The position numbers and the translations under genes are program-made. A DNA stretch of 60,347 bases, filler included, from Sluysia triapertura (Eukaryota): NCBI GenBank assembly GCA_046118255.1. It is 5 parts of 5 records of this genome, joined end to end, with 100 filler letters (N's around TTAATTAATTAA, not from the genome) between each part and the next. Parts side by side here need not be neighbours in the genome. Positions count along the whole stretch, not along the records: positions 33,065 to 44,807 come from JBJNIA010174696.1; positions 44,908 to 60,347 come from JBJNIA010228457.1; 3 more parts are not named here. One strand, 5' to 3'. The notes beneath the pieces were generated by a model. It saw only the letters and a list, made by a program, of their open reading frames with translations. It ran no database searches and was not told the origin of the DNA. Every line of letters starts with the position of its first letter. The first letter of the stretch is position 1. Below, in pieces: positions 38,462 through 51,100 of this stretch.

Positions 38462-39629
38462 TTATATTGTGAATGTTATTTTATAATTGTAAGATCTATG
38501 ATGTTTGGGTTTAATTACTGACCACTTATTGTTATTATGAACATTATTATTATTAACTCTATTTTTTAATTCATTACAAGAGTCTGTAAAATTCAAAATG
38601 ATTAAAATTACACATGTGGTGCTTAAGGCACTTAAGTAATACATATTTAAAATAATTATTCAAAATGTAAAAACTATAAATTTATTAAACATCCAGCAAA
38701 TTGAAAATTTTATTATTCTCTATACACTATCAATATTACTAATAGAACAACCTTGTCCAAAACGGTCTACGATTCCGGCTCGTATTGCAACACTGTTAAT
38801 CAGGATAAAACTTAAATCACCATCGCAAACAACTCGCTAATTCCATGATTGCCAACTTGACATTTAATGGCCGAAGAAGTGTTTGAGATTCAGTCCAAGT
38901 TCGATGGTGCCGAACAGTGTGAAGAAGTCTAACATTGTTAATGAATATAAAATTTAAATTAGTTAACGGCATTTTGAATTTATATCGTTTCATCGTGAAT
39001 ATATTTTCAGCTTTAAAAATTATCACATTATTAATATATGTAAGTTTGTCAATATTCTTAAAAGTTGTTAACAAAAGAAAAGAATTGTATCCTGTAATAT
39101 ATTCAATATTAACATCACTCGATTTTAAATACTCACTACATTTGTCAATGGCATTTTAAATGACTAGTCTATCATTCATATTTTTAAACAAAACAATACT
39201 CACTTTATTCCTTTTTTATCTCATCTTTCGTTTGTAAATATCTCACAATAACAGCTTGACTTCCTGTTATTCGATAAGTAACCTTATCACTAACATCTTC
39301 TGAAAACAATGAGAACTATCCGATTTTGTATCTTTAAATGGCATTTTAAATATAGGATCGTCTCTATGAATTTTCAGAAGCAGCGAACCACGCTTGAAAT
39401 CTGATGTAAATCGTTGAGAATTTTTGAATGTCTGTTGATTAATTTCATCAAAAGTACTGCTTTTGTCATTCGAAAATCCGCTAATTTTACTCGGAGTTGC
39501 ATTTGTAAAAAAATGATGTCCATGTGAACCATAATCATCCGATGTAGAATTCCATGATTCATGAATCCTAGGATTACATGCTACTATTTCAGTTATCAGC
39601 ATTATATTCATTAAGTCTACTCGAAACAT
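38462..39629 (-). pseudogene. Orphan ORF fragments with hydrophobic N-termini (possible secreted-protein gene remnants)
   Basis: ORFs 39267..39629 and 38462..38644 begin with signal-peptide-like stretches. FKMP motif occurs three times; gtgagt donors are present. Confidence 0.3.
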
Positions 39630-39719
39630 TTCAAAATTTTTTTAAAATTTGTTATTGTGATTGATTGATTTTTTATTGTGTGAGTATTTATACTACACTC
39701 ACCTATCTCATAACTATTG

Positions 39720-39890
39720 GTGTCATCATGGTCATCATCGATATATCCGTAATCGTCATCATTATCATCATCATCACTACATACTTAATCATCATCATTA
39801 TTATCATCATAACTACATGCTTAATCGTCATCATCATCATCATTGTCAGTATAATTGTGGTCATTACTGTCATCATTACTACTACTACCA
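39720..39890. repeat. Degenerate (CAT/TAT)n trinucleotide repeat
   Basis: Low complexity; accounts for three overlapping spurious ORFs. Confidence 0.9.
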
Positions 39891-40201
39891 ATTTTATTAA
39901 TAGTAGAAATTAATATTAAAATCAAACATAATTTTCAAATGTATAAATCGAAACGTAAAACCAAAATAATTATCACCATGCATAAAGCAAACTTGTACTT
40001 TTACATTAAACTAAATTAATCCTCGAAAACAATGTTACGCAATTCAATTGTTAATGAAGACTAATAAAAACTAAAATATAATTCAATAATAATAATACTA
40101 ATCATCATAACAATAATAGTAATAACAATACAAAATTACATAGCCAACCAGCACTATTCAAAATGTCAACATGATCACAATAACTCTATCAAAACGATTT
40201 T

Positions 40202-40590
40202 TTATGCGTTCACATTTTCTAATAAATTATTTAACATAGATTGCATATTGAAAACTTCTTGACATCCTTCAGTTATATTATATTGGGTTGACATTTTAAT
40301 TTTTTCATAAAGATTGTTTAATGAACTATACGGGCGTAACGAAGTGATTTCTTTGGCTTTTTTGGTTGAACAACCAGGCATCACAGATAATTCACTTACA
40401 GAAGCTTTGTTGAAATCTAAGCATGCCACTTTTTCTTGTTTTGTTAGAAAATCCTTAGAATATCATGTTGGATTAAGAATATATAATTTTAGAGGACCAT
40501 CGTCAAAATTTTCATATTCATAATCTTCCAGTACTGTACTTTCACACACCTGTAATTTTTCTTTTCTTTGCATTTTTAATTTCTCTGACT
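40202..40590 (-). pseudogene. SMARCAD1: Isolated SMARCAD1/Fun30 fragment (region just before the SNF2 ATPase)
   Basis: FNKASVSELSVMPGCSTKKAKEITSLRPYSSLNNL matches the SMARCAD1 AS..EL...P.CS.KKA..I..LRPF segment. Bounded by stops; no ATPase follows. Confidence 0.75.
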
Positions 40591-40904
40591 AAAGTATAAA
40601 ATGATCTATCAACCCCATCTCTTGTTTGCATTATTGAATTATACTTTGAGATTTTGCTAGATTTCTGCTTCGAAGAAAATCATAATATAACTTACAGTTT
40701 TCTTCAAATTATTCACAATATAAAACATATATTTTTTACTTCCGATTGCGATGCTTCTGTTTTTAAAATGAATTGACTTTAAACAAAATCTGACCATAAA
40801 TGCATTAATATAACGTTAGAAGCGATTGATACAGAACTTGAGTCAATTCACTAAAGCGCAAAAAGGATAAAAATGAAAAATCGGGAGACACTAGAAAAGT
40901 ATGG

Positions 40905-41124
40905 TGTGTCACAATGATAATAAAAATGACAATGAACATTGAGTTTAATATTTTGATTAAAAATGTTAATAAAAGAAATTTTAGGAGACATTTGTGATTT
41001 CATAATAAGTAGTATAATGTTGTGAATGATATGTGTAAAATTTTTTACGGTGTAATTTTTTTGTGTTGAGGTTCATGTAGATGGTTTATGTGATGTGTAG
41101 GTAGGTGTGGGCTGGGCCACCACA
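40905..41124 (-). repeat. CA-rich solo-LTR-like repeat (TGTGGTG family)
   Basis: Reverse complement aligns with 43878-44108 (tgtggtgg.ccagcccaca...ttttattaacattttt...atcaaaa.attaaac). Confidence 0.8.
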
Positions 41125-42269
41125 TCCACAGTTGATAAAGGCATGTCTTTACCACTTCATACGAGTGAAATTGAAGCTGGTAGTGTAGGTGTAAATATTG
41201 TGTGATGAATGTTAGTTAAACTACGACTATTACTAGTATCTAATGAAAATGGAAGTGATGATTTGATGATTGTCTTATTTGAAACATGCAAGGAACCAAT
41301 TAAATTAATATCTGTGCCCTTACGAGAAACATAATATTATATGAGACAGTTTGATTGAAATGTTGGTGTTGTTAAAAGATCAAATTTTATAACAGATATT
41401 TAATAAATACTTTATAGATCCACATGCATAAATATATGTATAAAAAGGAAAAAACGAAAGAATAAAAAGAAGGGTTGATAACTAGAATAAAGAAATAATA
41501 ACGTGATTGTCATGTTTAAAAACATTGGTGTTGTTGATGTTAATATAAAATTTATTATATAAATTATTATTTGATAATAATATTATAAACAATAATGACA
41601 TAGTTTAATACAATTTGAATTGTAATAATAACAGCTGTAGTTCATGATAATTATGTGCGATGATTATGTTTGTTTTTTGAATGAGTTTAGTAATCTGTGT
41701 ACATGTGAAATGTTTTTATGTGATGAAGTGTGATGAATTTTGTGATTTCCCTACAATATTACTAATATATAAATACGCAAATTACAAAATACACTGCCTA
41801 CCATTGTACTAGAATCAAATCGACCACTATTCTTTCTTTTTGTAGGTCGCTTTTGTTATGGAGTTGTTACATCAATTCCTTCCATAAATCTATCACATAC
41901 AACGGATATACCGATAAAAATATAAAATAAAATTAATAAGATAGTGGCTAATCTAATGTAACCTTTAATCGGATATGGTTTAAATAATAATTAATAATTA
42001 ATAATTAATAATTAAATAATCTTTACACTGTTGTTCAGGAATAAAACAGTTTTATTCATTTTAATACAAATAAAATATTGATTCTTTTTTTGGTTTCCAA
42101 TTATTATTAATTATGTTGATAATATAAATAATGTATAATAAAATTTATGTATAGTCTATTTATTGTTTCAAAATAGAGGCTAACTGTTAAATCAAAGATT
42201 AACATTATATATGTTCGAAACTATCAATACGTTATCATAAACATACTTAAGATACAATTGGACATGATT

Positions 42270-43080
42270 CTCAGCAAAGATAAAACTCATTTAATACTAA
42301 ATTCGATTTCGAAATCTTTTTAGCATTAATTTTGGCCTAAGCATTTTATAATCAATGAACGATTAAAAAATTTTGTGTTAAACTGGAATTATACTAAATA
42401 AAAGTAAGTAATTTCATGGCACTATTGTACTGAAGTAAAGGCCCAGGAAGTTCTAAATTCGACTTGGTGACTACACTTAACTTTTCCTAATAAAATAGCA
42501 GTAATTATAAAACAATGTAGAAATACCACATGTGTAAACCAAATAATTAAAAACGACATTATAACACTTAAATTGTCCATTATTATCCATTACAGTTTGA
42601 AAATGTTGTAAATTCTTGAATTCATTGTATAAATTGAATAAAAGGTGCAATAACTGTATCCTATTATTATAAACTGGAATATCTTGAACACTACTAATTA
42701 AATCAATAAATTTCAATCTAGTTCACTGGTTGGCAAAGAGATATTTTTCAGTAAATGATGCATTTCTTGAGGCAATGTTTGCATCAAATTATTAATATTC
42801 GGCATGTTTTTGTTGTAGTGAACGTATGTAAGCGGTTTCGCTCTATGTAAATCAGAAATGCTTTTTATCCACGTAACGATTTTCATTTTCTTTTCTAATT
42901 GAACGTTCTTTTGTCAATGTTGCCAAATTTTTAACTGATTCAAATTCAAATGGAATAAATTTTGGATTTACGTGATGATTTCAAACATTTAATTGAGATG
43001 TTTGAGGAGATTTGGCACTGAATCCACGAGATTGAAGACTCTTATGCATAAAGATAAACATAGATAAATGCAAAAGAGGA
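42270..43080 (-). mobile_element. Possible decayed hAT (Charlie/Buster-like) C-terminal relic
   Basis: Weak: KFIDLIS and MLKRFRNRI...LSLLRI resemble the hAT dimerisation region. Many stops. Confidence 0.25.
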
Positions 43081-43877
43081 ACAGCAAAACAAACATTGTA
43101 ACAACGAAAATAAGTATTATAACATAGTTCTTGTTATTATGATAATTGTAAAATTATAGCGATTATATATTATTAGAACTATGTTTATGTTTTGTATGTA
43201 TTGAGTAATCTATTTAGTAATTCGTATATTAGAAGTGTTGATTTGTGATGAAATGTGCTTATGTTTGTCATGAGTTGAATTAGATTATTATTATTGAGTT
43301 GAATTATTATTATTATTATTATTCATTTTGTTATTTTTTATAAATAAAAATGTGTTTTATTAACATATAATGTAAAATTAAAATACTAAATTAGATTTTG
43401 TTTATAAGATTTTTGATTTAAAATAAATTTAAAAAATCAATGATAATATATTAATAAAAAAGTAATTTAATGTAAAAATATGTTAATAAAAAGTACTTAC
43501 AATACATGAGAATTAATGCTTTTACAATAATGTGAAATTATTTAAATATTAATAAAAGTTTATAGTAATTTGCTAATGTTAAATGAAGTACTTATTACAT
43601 GGATATACATGCAAACCGGATAAATCACGTAGACTAAACATATTACAACCTTTTACATACATTAAACCTTTATTATAATCCTTTCATTCAATTACATATA
43701 TTTCATATCACTTTATATTATGCTGATATACCAAATACAAAACCATCATATTTATATCACCTCAGAAAATATTTCGCCTTCACCTCATAGTATCAGTAAC
43801 TCATTAAGCTAAGTCATTAAGAGATTACTATTCTCGACAAACATTACAAATATATGACATTTTTGTAAAGTAATCCT

Positions 43878-44108
43878 GTGGTGGTCCAGCCCACAACTAT
43901 GTACATATCACATAAATCACACCAATCAGTTACACAAACCTCATCACAAAAATGACAATATAACAAGTTTTGCACATATTATTCACGTCACTCATCCTTA
44001 CAAAATTAAAGATGCCCAATAAAATTCATTTTATTAACATTTTAGATCAAAACATTAAACACAACGCTGTCATCATTATAACATAACATTTTTTTTATTG
44101 TGTTACGC
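43878..44108 (+). repeat. CA-rich solo-LTR-like repeat (TGTGGTG family)
   Basis: Homologous to 40905-41124 in the opposite orientation. Confidence 0.8.
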
Positions 44109-44807
44109 AATTTTTTATTTTACACTTTTATAATTTGTTGTAGTACTGTTATGTGCTTCAAATCGAGTTATTAATTTTTCACACCCGAATAAGGCAAAAG
44201 AACTATTACATTCAAGATCTAGTTCCAGTATGGCTAGTGAATGCGCTACTGTCATTAACTGTAGGTAAATATTAGACTGTGTGCAAATATTAAGTGGCAA
44301 CGGTTATATAAATGATTATCCAGATGGATGTTTATTAAGCATGTACCAGTGAAATTCGATGAATAATAATAGGAAGAACCATTAATCACTATTACGGTTT
44401 TAATTATTGATATTAGTAATATGTATATACATTACGAATTTCGTTAGTGATGCATCGTCAAAAACCAACTGCGGAATACGAACAATTGGATGACGGTGAT
44501 CATGTTGCTCAATTTGCTATTGAAATCCAAACTAAAGTTACGTGGGATCACATACCAAATCTTGATAAATTATTTTTCTAATCTTTATTATTATCATCAA
44601 CCTAATTGATTTTATGTAACATTTATTGAATTTATATTACAAACTTTAAAATTCTTTTTTATGATTTGGGGTTTATCAGTTTTAATATATTTGTGCTATT
44701 ACGATTTTCAAGTTATGAAAGATAACAAATTTGTATATAACCGTTTTTATGATCTCATTATATTTCGATCAAATAATAATATTATCTCAACAGTTGTTAT
44801 TGTATCG

Positions 44808-44907
44808 NNNNNNNNNNNNNNNNNNNNNNNNNNNNNNNNNNNNNNNNNNNNTTAATTAATTAANNNNNNNNNNNNNNNNNNNNNNNNNNNNNNNNNNNNN
44901 NNNNNNN
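44808..44907. other. Artificial contig-joining spacer
   Basis: 44 N + TTAATTAATTAA + 44 N. Confidence 0.95.
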
Positions 44908-45006
44908 TGCTCTTCGTATTACTTTAGTAGGATCTTGCATAGCAGTTGTGTAAGAGAAAAAATCGCCATTGACGCCATATGGTGATCCCGGGGCTGAAAG
45001 GGTCAA
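44908..45006. mobile_element. piggyBac-type terminus at a contig start
   Basis: ...ggggctgaaaggg|tcaa is the reverse complement of a TT(A>G)A-CCCTTTCAG end. Confidence 0.5.
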
Positions 45007-48000
45007 TGCACATAATATTTATGAAAATATAATTCGGGTTAAAATTTGATAATGTAAAACTGCAAAAGAAATTAATTTTAATTTTAATTTGTTTTTTTGT
45101 ATTTATTTAGTACATAAAATTTTATAATGAAAAAACACTATATAAGCGATAGACAATACATTTGAATACATTAATACTGGTAGATTTAATTGCTGTCGAC
45201 ATTTTTTAATTCTGTCATTTGAATATTTTAATTGATATATTTGAACATTTTAATTTTGGCTGATACATTCTAAGATTTTATTTCTGATAGATAATTTTGG
45301 TGAATATATTTGAAGGCTTTTAATTTTGACATTTGAATATTTATAATTAGCACATTTTGATATTTCAATTTTGATCATAAAATTTCAAATATTTTTTTTG
45401 TGTTAAATGAAATCATTTAGCAAGTAAAATGTATATAAAAAAAACTATTAAATTCTATGAAAAAAGAAACATCTCCCAAAAGTTTATACACGCAATATAG
45501 AGTTGAAAATTTTATTTCTGTTGTTTAAATAAAGTTTTTCCTTTTATTTAAATTCATTATTTTGGATTGAAAAATAGGATTTGAGGATACGAATTAAAAT
45601 CTGCACTTCCATCTATATCATCAGAGACGAGTACCAACTCAAACTTCTCGGATAAATTTACATTAAGTTATTAAAGAAATTGATATGGGTAACTTATCAA
45701 CAAATCAAATAAAATATATTATTATAAAATCTGAAATTAAGTTAAAAATTAATATATTTTTACAATATTAAAGAATCAAAAAATTTCAAGCATGAAAGTT
45801 ACTTGACAAAGTGGACAAGTTTTTACTAGAAAAAAGAAAATGTAGCTTCAAATTATGGTAGTAATGTTAAAAAATTTACAACGTTAAAGTAATGAAAATA
45901 AAATATTTATTTGAAATTCTTAGAGAACAACTTAGAAATAAATTATGCTAAGTTTTTGAAGTTATATCAAAAAGCAAGCAATATCACTATCAAAATCAAA
46001 ATCAAAAGTGAAAAGAAAGTGCATTTTATTAAGACAGAAAGCTGTAAGACGTTAATAAATATTCATAAATGTTTAGAGATAAAATATGTATGTGGAAGAA
46101 ATAACTACAATGTAAAAATGCAGATAAAACTATAAAGTAAGAGTTGGGGATTAAAATGATTTCAATTAAGTGTATTGAAAAAATTCATTTGTTAGTTTTT
46201 TCAAATAAAAGAAAAGATTTTAAAATGAGACTCACTTTTATGGCAATAATAGATGCAGCTAGATCAAGTGATGTAAAAATATGTTACTCCATCTTAGACA
46301 AATTTTAAAAGATAATACATTGAAACGTTATTATTCTCTGATATAGTGAATAGATTAAATAAATATTCTATATAAAAATTAGAGTATACGCAGAAACGTT
46401 TTCAAATGTAGGATTTGCTTATTTTGACAATTTATATTTAATCAGATTACTATTAAATTATAAATTAAATTGAGGTTTTTTTTAAAAAAATGTTCAAAGA
46501 TGCTGAAACAGTTAGAAACTCAATATATATAACAAACAATTAAAAATACGATACTTCGGTAAGGTAATTAAGAAAAAAACTAAATTTAGAATTGATAGGA
46601 AAGTTTAAATCATTTGCTTCAATTTCAAACTCCCTGAGAGTTATTAAAGTTATTAAATATTGATTAACAATATTAAATGATCAAAAATTAATTAAATCAA
46701 TGAAATTAGTTGCAATATAAATAAAAAAAATTGTGAAAGGCAACTGACAATTTGAAAACTGTGGTTATACATCAAAAATAGTCAATTTGTGCCAAAAAGT
46801 TATGGATATTAGAGACAAAAATTAACCACCAACACTGATAGAAAATAATAATTTTAATGAACATATTGCAAAATCAAAATATTCCTTGAGGTGATTTGAT
46901 TTTCAAAGATTGTCAGTGTTTATCGCCACTTAAAACAATGTCAATTTTATTTAAAAATAAAAAACGTCCCATATGCCAAAAAATTTTCTAGATCGACATA
47001 TTGTCAGATGTAAGGATGTAGAGTTAAAATTGTTAAACTTTTTAAATTATAGACAATTGTAAATATTAGAGTTACAAATTTCTTATATTGTAAAAAATTA
47101 TATAATTATTAAAAAATATAGGGAAATAAAATAATTAAAAATAGTTTTAGAAATTTCCTTTAAAAAATCAAAATTAAAACTGTGAAAATAAAGTAATAAA
47201 AATTTTTATTTGGATTTTATTTCTGTAAAAATAAAGTAATACAATTTTTTGAGCTTTATTCCAAAATATATCGTAAAGAAAGCAAAATTTTTAATTACAA
47301 GAAATAAAATTCTATGATGCCATGTGTATAAAAGGATTTAACAAAACTAAAATCACGCACAAGAAAAATTTAATCTTGTTCTCATTAATATTTTATAAAT
47401 AAATTGAGAGTGGTACCGCTAGAAAGAATGATTTGTAAGATAAAATATTTTAATGCATTTCCATTTCCGGACATCAGAACGAGTATTAGAACTCCGATCT
47501 TTTTATATTAATAAAACATCAAGTAATTAAGAGATCTAGATTGACAATAAATAATAAGTAGGAACATTGATAGTAAACGTTGAAATACTCATAAGAACAT
47601 AAGAAAGAGAATAAATAAATTTCTATAAGCATTTTCATTAGAAACCTGTTGACTTACATTTATAAAGAATACATTTAATTATATTTTCTATTTGTGAAGA
47701 GAATTCAGTGTTTTTTGTGAGTTGCGATTTTATTTACTTGCGATATATATTATTTACTTGCTTAATAAACTCTGTGAAGTTGCTTATTATTCATTAATAA
47801 TTATTTAACGGTGAAGAACTAATATACCCAAAGAGTAGAATTACTTTAGTTCAGATTAATGGAAGATTATTCAGCCACAAAATAAGGTATATCTTGAAGA
47901 ATAAATTTGCCAGACATCGTGGTTTTCTTTAGGTAGAACTTTCCAGTTGATTTCGTAGAAAAAACCTGTAGTTGTGTCTTCCCTAGGATAGAAACCTTAG

Positions 48001-48137
48001 ACTACAGGCGAACCCTAAATAACTAAACCATATAAACAAAAATAAAATCACAACATAGATCAACAAAGAAAGCAAAAAAATATTTTATCGTACACTGCTT
48101 CCTCTGGTTACTATTTATGTATTCTGAAAAAACTAAC

Positions 48138-51100
48138 ACAATGCAAATCCTGCTGTTTTACTGAATCAATAATCGAATCATAAAAGTAGCCATCTTGACT
48201 TGCTATTTCGAATATAATTATATCAATCAAATGATGATATTGATTGTGGTGGTGGGATCCAGCATTTGACTGGTTTCGACATTCTACAATACAATCAAGG
48301 GAAGAATCGACAGCAAAACACTGAATTGATTTGTCAAAACATTCAAAACAGGGACTAATTTTCTGTATATATTTAGGTGATGTTATTACTAATTTTTCAT
48401 AAATGCACGGTGAATGGTTACTGAGATTATATTTTTGCCACAAAAACATTTTCAAACAGTTGCTCTAAAAATTAATACTTCGTAAATTAATTTTTTTATA
48501 AAAATAATTTTGATTAAATAATTATCAAATATTTAGAATAATTACCACATTCTTTTTTAGCTATGTCTACATCTTAATTATAACTTTATTGACTAATTTT
48601 AATTTTTATTAAATTTTTATTTTAATCAATAAATTTTATGCCATTTCAATTTCATTGTTTTTCATTATTGTTTCATCAGTGTTTCTTGTTTGATTCAACA
48701 CTTATTTTTAAATTGAAAGATTTTACTTTCATTTTATGTGCAAAACTTTTTATCAAATGTTTTCCATTAATAAATTTCCAATCATATCATATAACGTTGT
48801 CGAAGTTTATCTGAATATAAGTGAATGAGTGGTCAGTTCGAATGTTTTCAATGAGACATTTCATTTACATCATTAGTTCCTACTGGCGGTATTCGATTTA
48901 GTATTAAAGATTCAGATCATGTGAATGTCAGTTTATTGTTAAATTTTTTAACTTGTATTAATATAAAAAGCTTCATGGGTTATTATTTATTTGTGAAGAA
49001 GATAAATAATATATTTTGAAATTATTTATACCATCATTTTTGAATATAAAAAACATTTTAAAGGGATTTTAAAATCCTGCTAAGCAAGAAGATATGTCAA
49101 GCTCGACGAAAAAAGATCATTAAAACTATTTTAAAAGTTGAAATAGTACTATAGTAAAAATTCCTTACACATTAAGTTGTCATGTACTAAAAAATTTGAC
49201 TCTGTTCAAATGAACGTAATTATTTCTGCATCCTTGACAAAGATGATCAATCTCTTTTCATACTTTGGCTCAAATGACATTTATTTCAAAGTTTTAAGCA
49301 ATCCATATTACACATATTCCTTAATAGAGTCCACATGCAGTTCGCCAACAAACATCTTCAAATTTTAGTGTGAGGTTCCAACCATAAACATGTAGTGAAA
49401 AGTTTTCGTTATTCTCGTATTGTACTCAAATTGTACTCAAAAGTTGTATTTTAATTTCATAATTACGGTTGCCATTTGTACAATGCATGCTCTAGCTTTA
49501 TCAAACAATAAGAGAGGAGTCTAACTTTTGAACAATCTATAGTCTTTCTTTAATTTTTTGCATCATTTCGTCCACTTAGTTGCAGTATGTTTCTGCTGTG
49601 TTCGATGAGCCAGATTTCATGAAATAATAATGGACCACTCCTATGTTATACCATCAAACGCCAACAACTTCATTTGGTGAATATTGCGCTGTGGAGTTTG
49701 TCAAACTACCATATTGAACGTTTGCGATTGTTTTTTTTGAAACTATTTCTCATCAGAAATGACAATTCGATTCAAAAACGGATCCGATTTGTGATGAAAA
49801 AGCTTTCAAACGCTTTTGTTACTGTTTTTCATTCGTTTCATGTGGAATCCACTTATCCAAATTTTACTTTACCAATTTGAACTAAATGAATTAATATTGT
49901 TTCTTTATTAAGACTAAACTTCAAAGATAATTCATAGGCACTCTGAGATGTTTCAGACTCAAGGGTGACCTTTAGTTCGTCAATACTGACATTTGGTCAA
50001 AGTCACCTGTACGAAATTTGGCGAATAAGTTGCGTAGTAACACTAGAGTCATATATACTATTAATGTTTCGCGTGATCTGTGATGCCGTAGTTCCACGTA
50101 AGAACTCACACTTCATAATAGTGATATTTTTTTACCTAGTATTGGGTTGGTGCATAAATTTGTTGCAACAAAAATACACCAACTTCTTGTTTTAATTTAT
50201 TTGAGTTATATTCATTCAGCTGAATTATCTATTTAAATCATTTTAAACTAACTTTCACTTTCATTACCCTCATTAAAATGGTTGATAAAAATGAACATTT
50301 CCGGCATCTGCTCCTTTTCTATTTTAATCAACATTTAAACGCTCCACAAGCCACCAGAATGATTTGTTGCGTTTATGGAAAAAAGGAAGTCAGTGAACAA
50401 ACAGCACAAAAATGGTTTTCGAAATTTAACAGTGGAAATTTTGATTTAAACGATGCACCTAGTGACTTTGATGAAGACTGTTTGAACTAATTGATTCATG
50501 ATGATTCTCGTCAATCGACACGAGTGTTTGGACAAGCCATGGATTGTGATCACATCACTATTTCTCGACATCTCAAGAAAACAGCCAGAACGGTGGAAGG
50601 AAGTGATAAGTTTGTGGCGGAGAATATCTCACCGATTGAGACTGAGATATTCGTTTTATCTAATGATTTAATAAATTCATTTTATTATCTGGAATTTTTG
50701 CATGGTTTTTATACTTGATCATTATGCATTTTTCATAATTGTAAATACTGTACGAACTTATGCACCAACTAAATATTTAAAATAACAACACATTTTACAA
50801 AGTACAGTATTAAAAACTAATTGAATTATAAATTTAAATTACATTATTTTCTATTTACATTATTTATACTATTTATATGGTATAAAAACTACCAAATCTG
50901 TGCATAAGAAAATAAATTTTTTTAATACATAGTAACAAATTCTAAGTAATGTTTTTATTATAAAATTATTCATTAAAAATATCAAACCTCAATTTCAGTA
51001 AGATCTAAATTACAATTAGTAAAAATAATACTGTCACTGGGTATTTTCAACCAATGTAACTGTTTATGCGAAAGGTTTTTAAATTTCATTATAACTTTTT

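Noticed and set aside
39661-39913. His-rich, Ile-rich and Met-rich overlapping ORFs
   Set aside because: They are translations of a trinucleotide repeat. The same applies to ORFs 10456..10692, 11891..12100 and 23644..23829.
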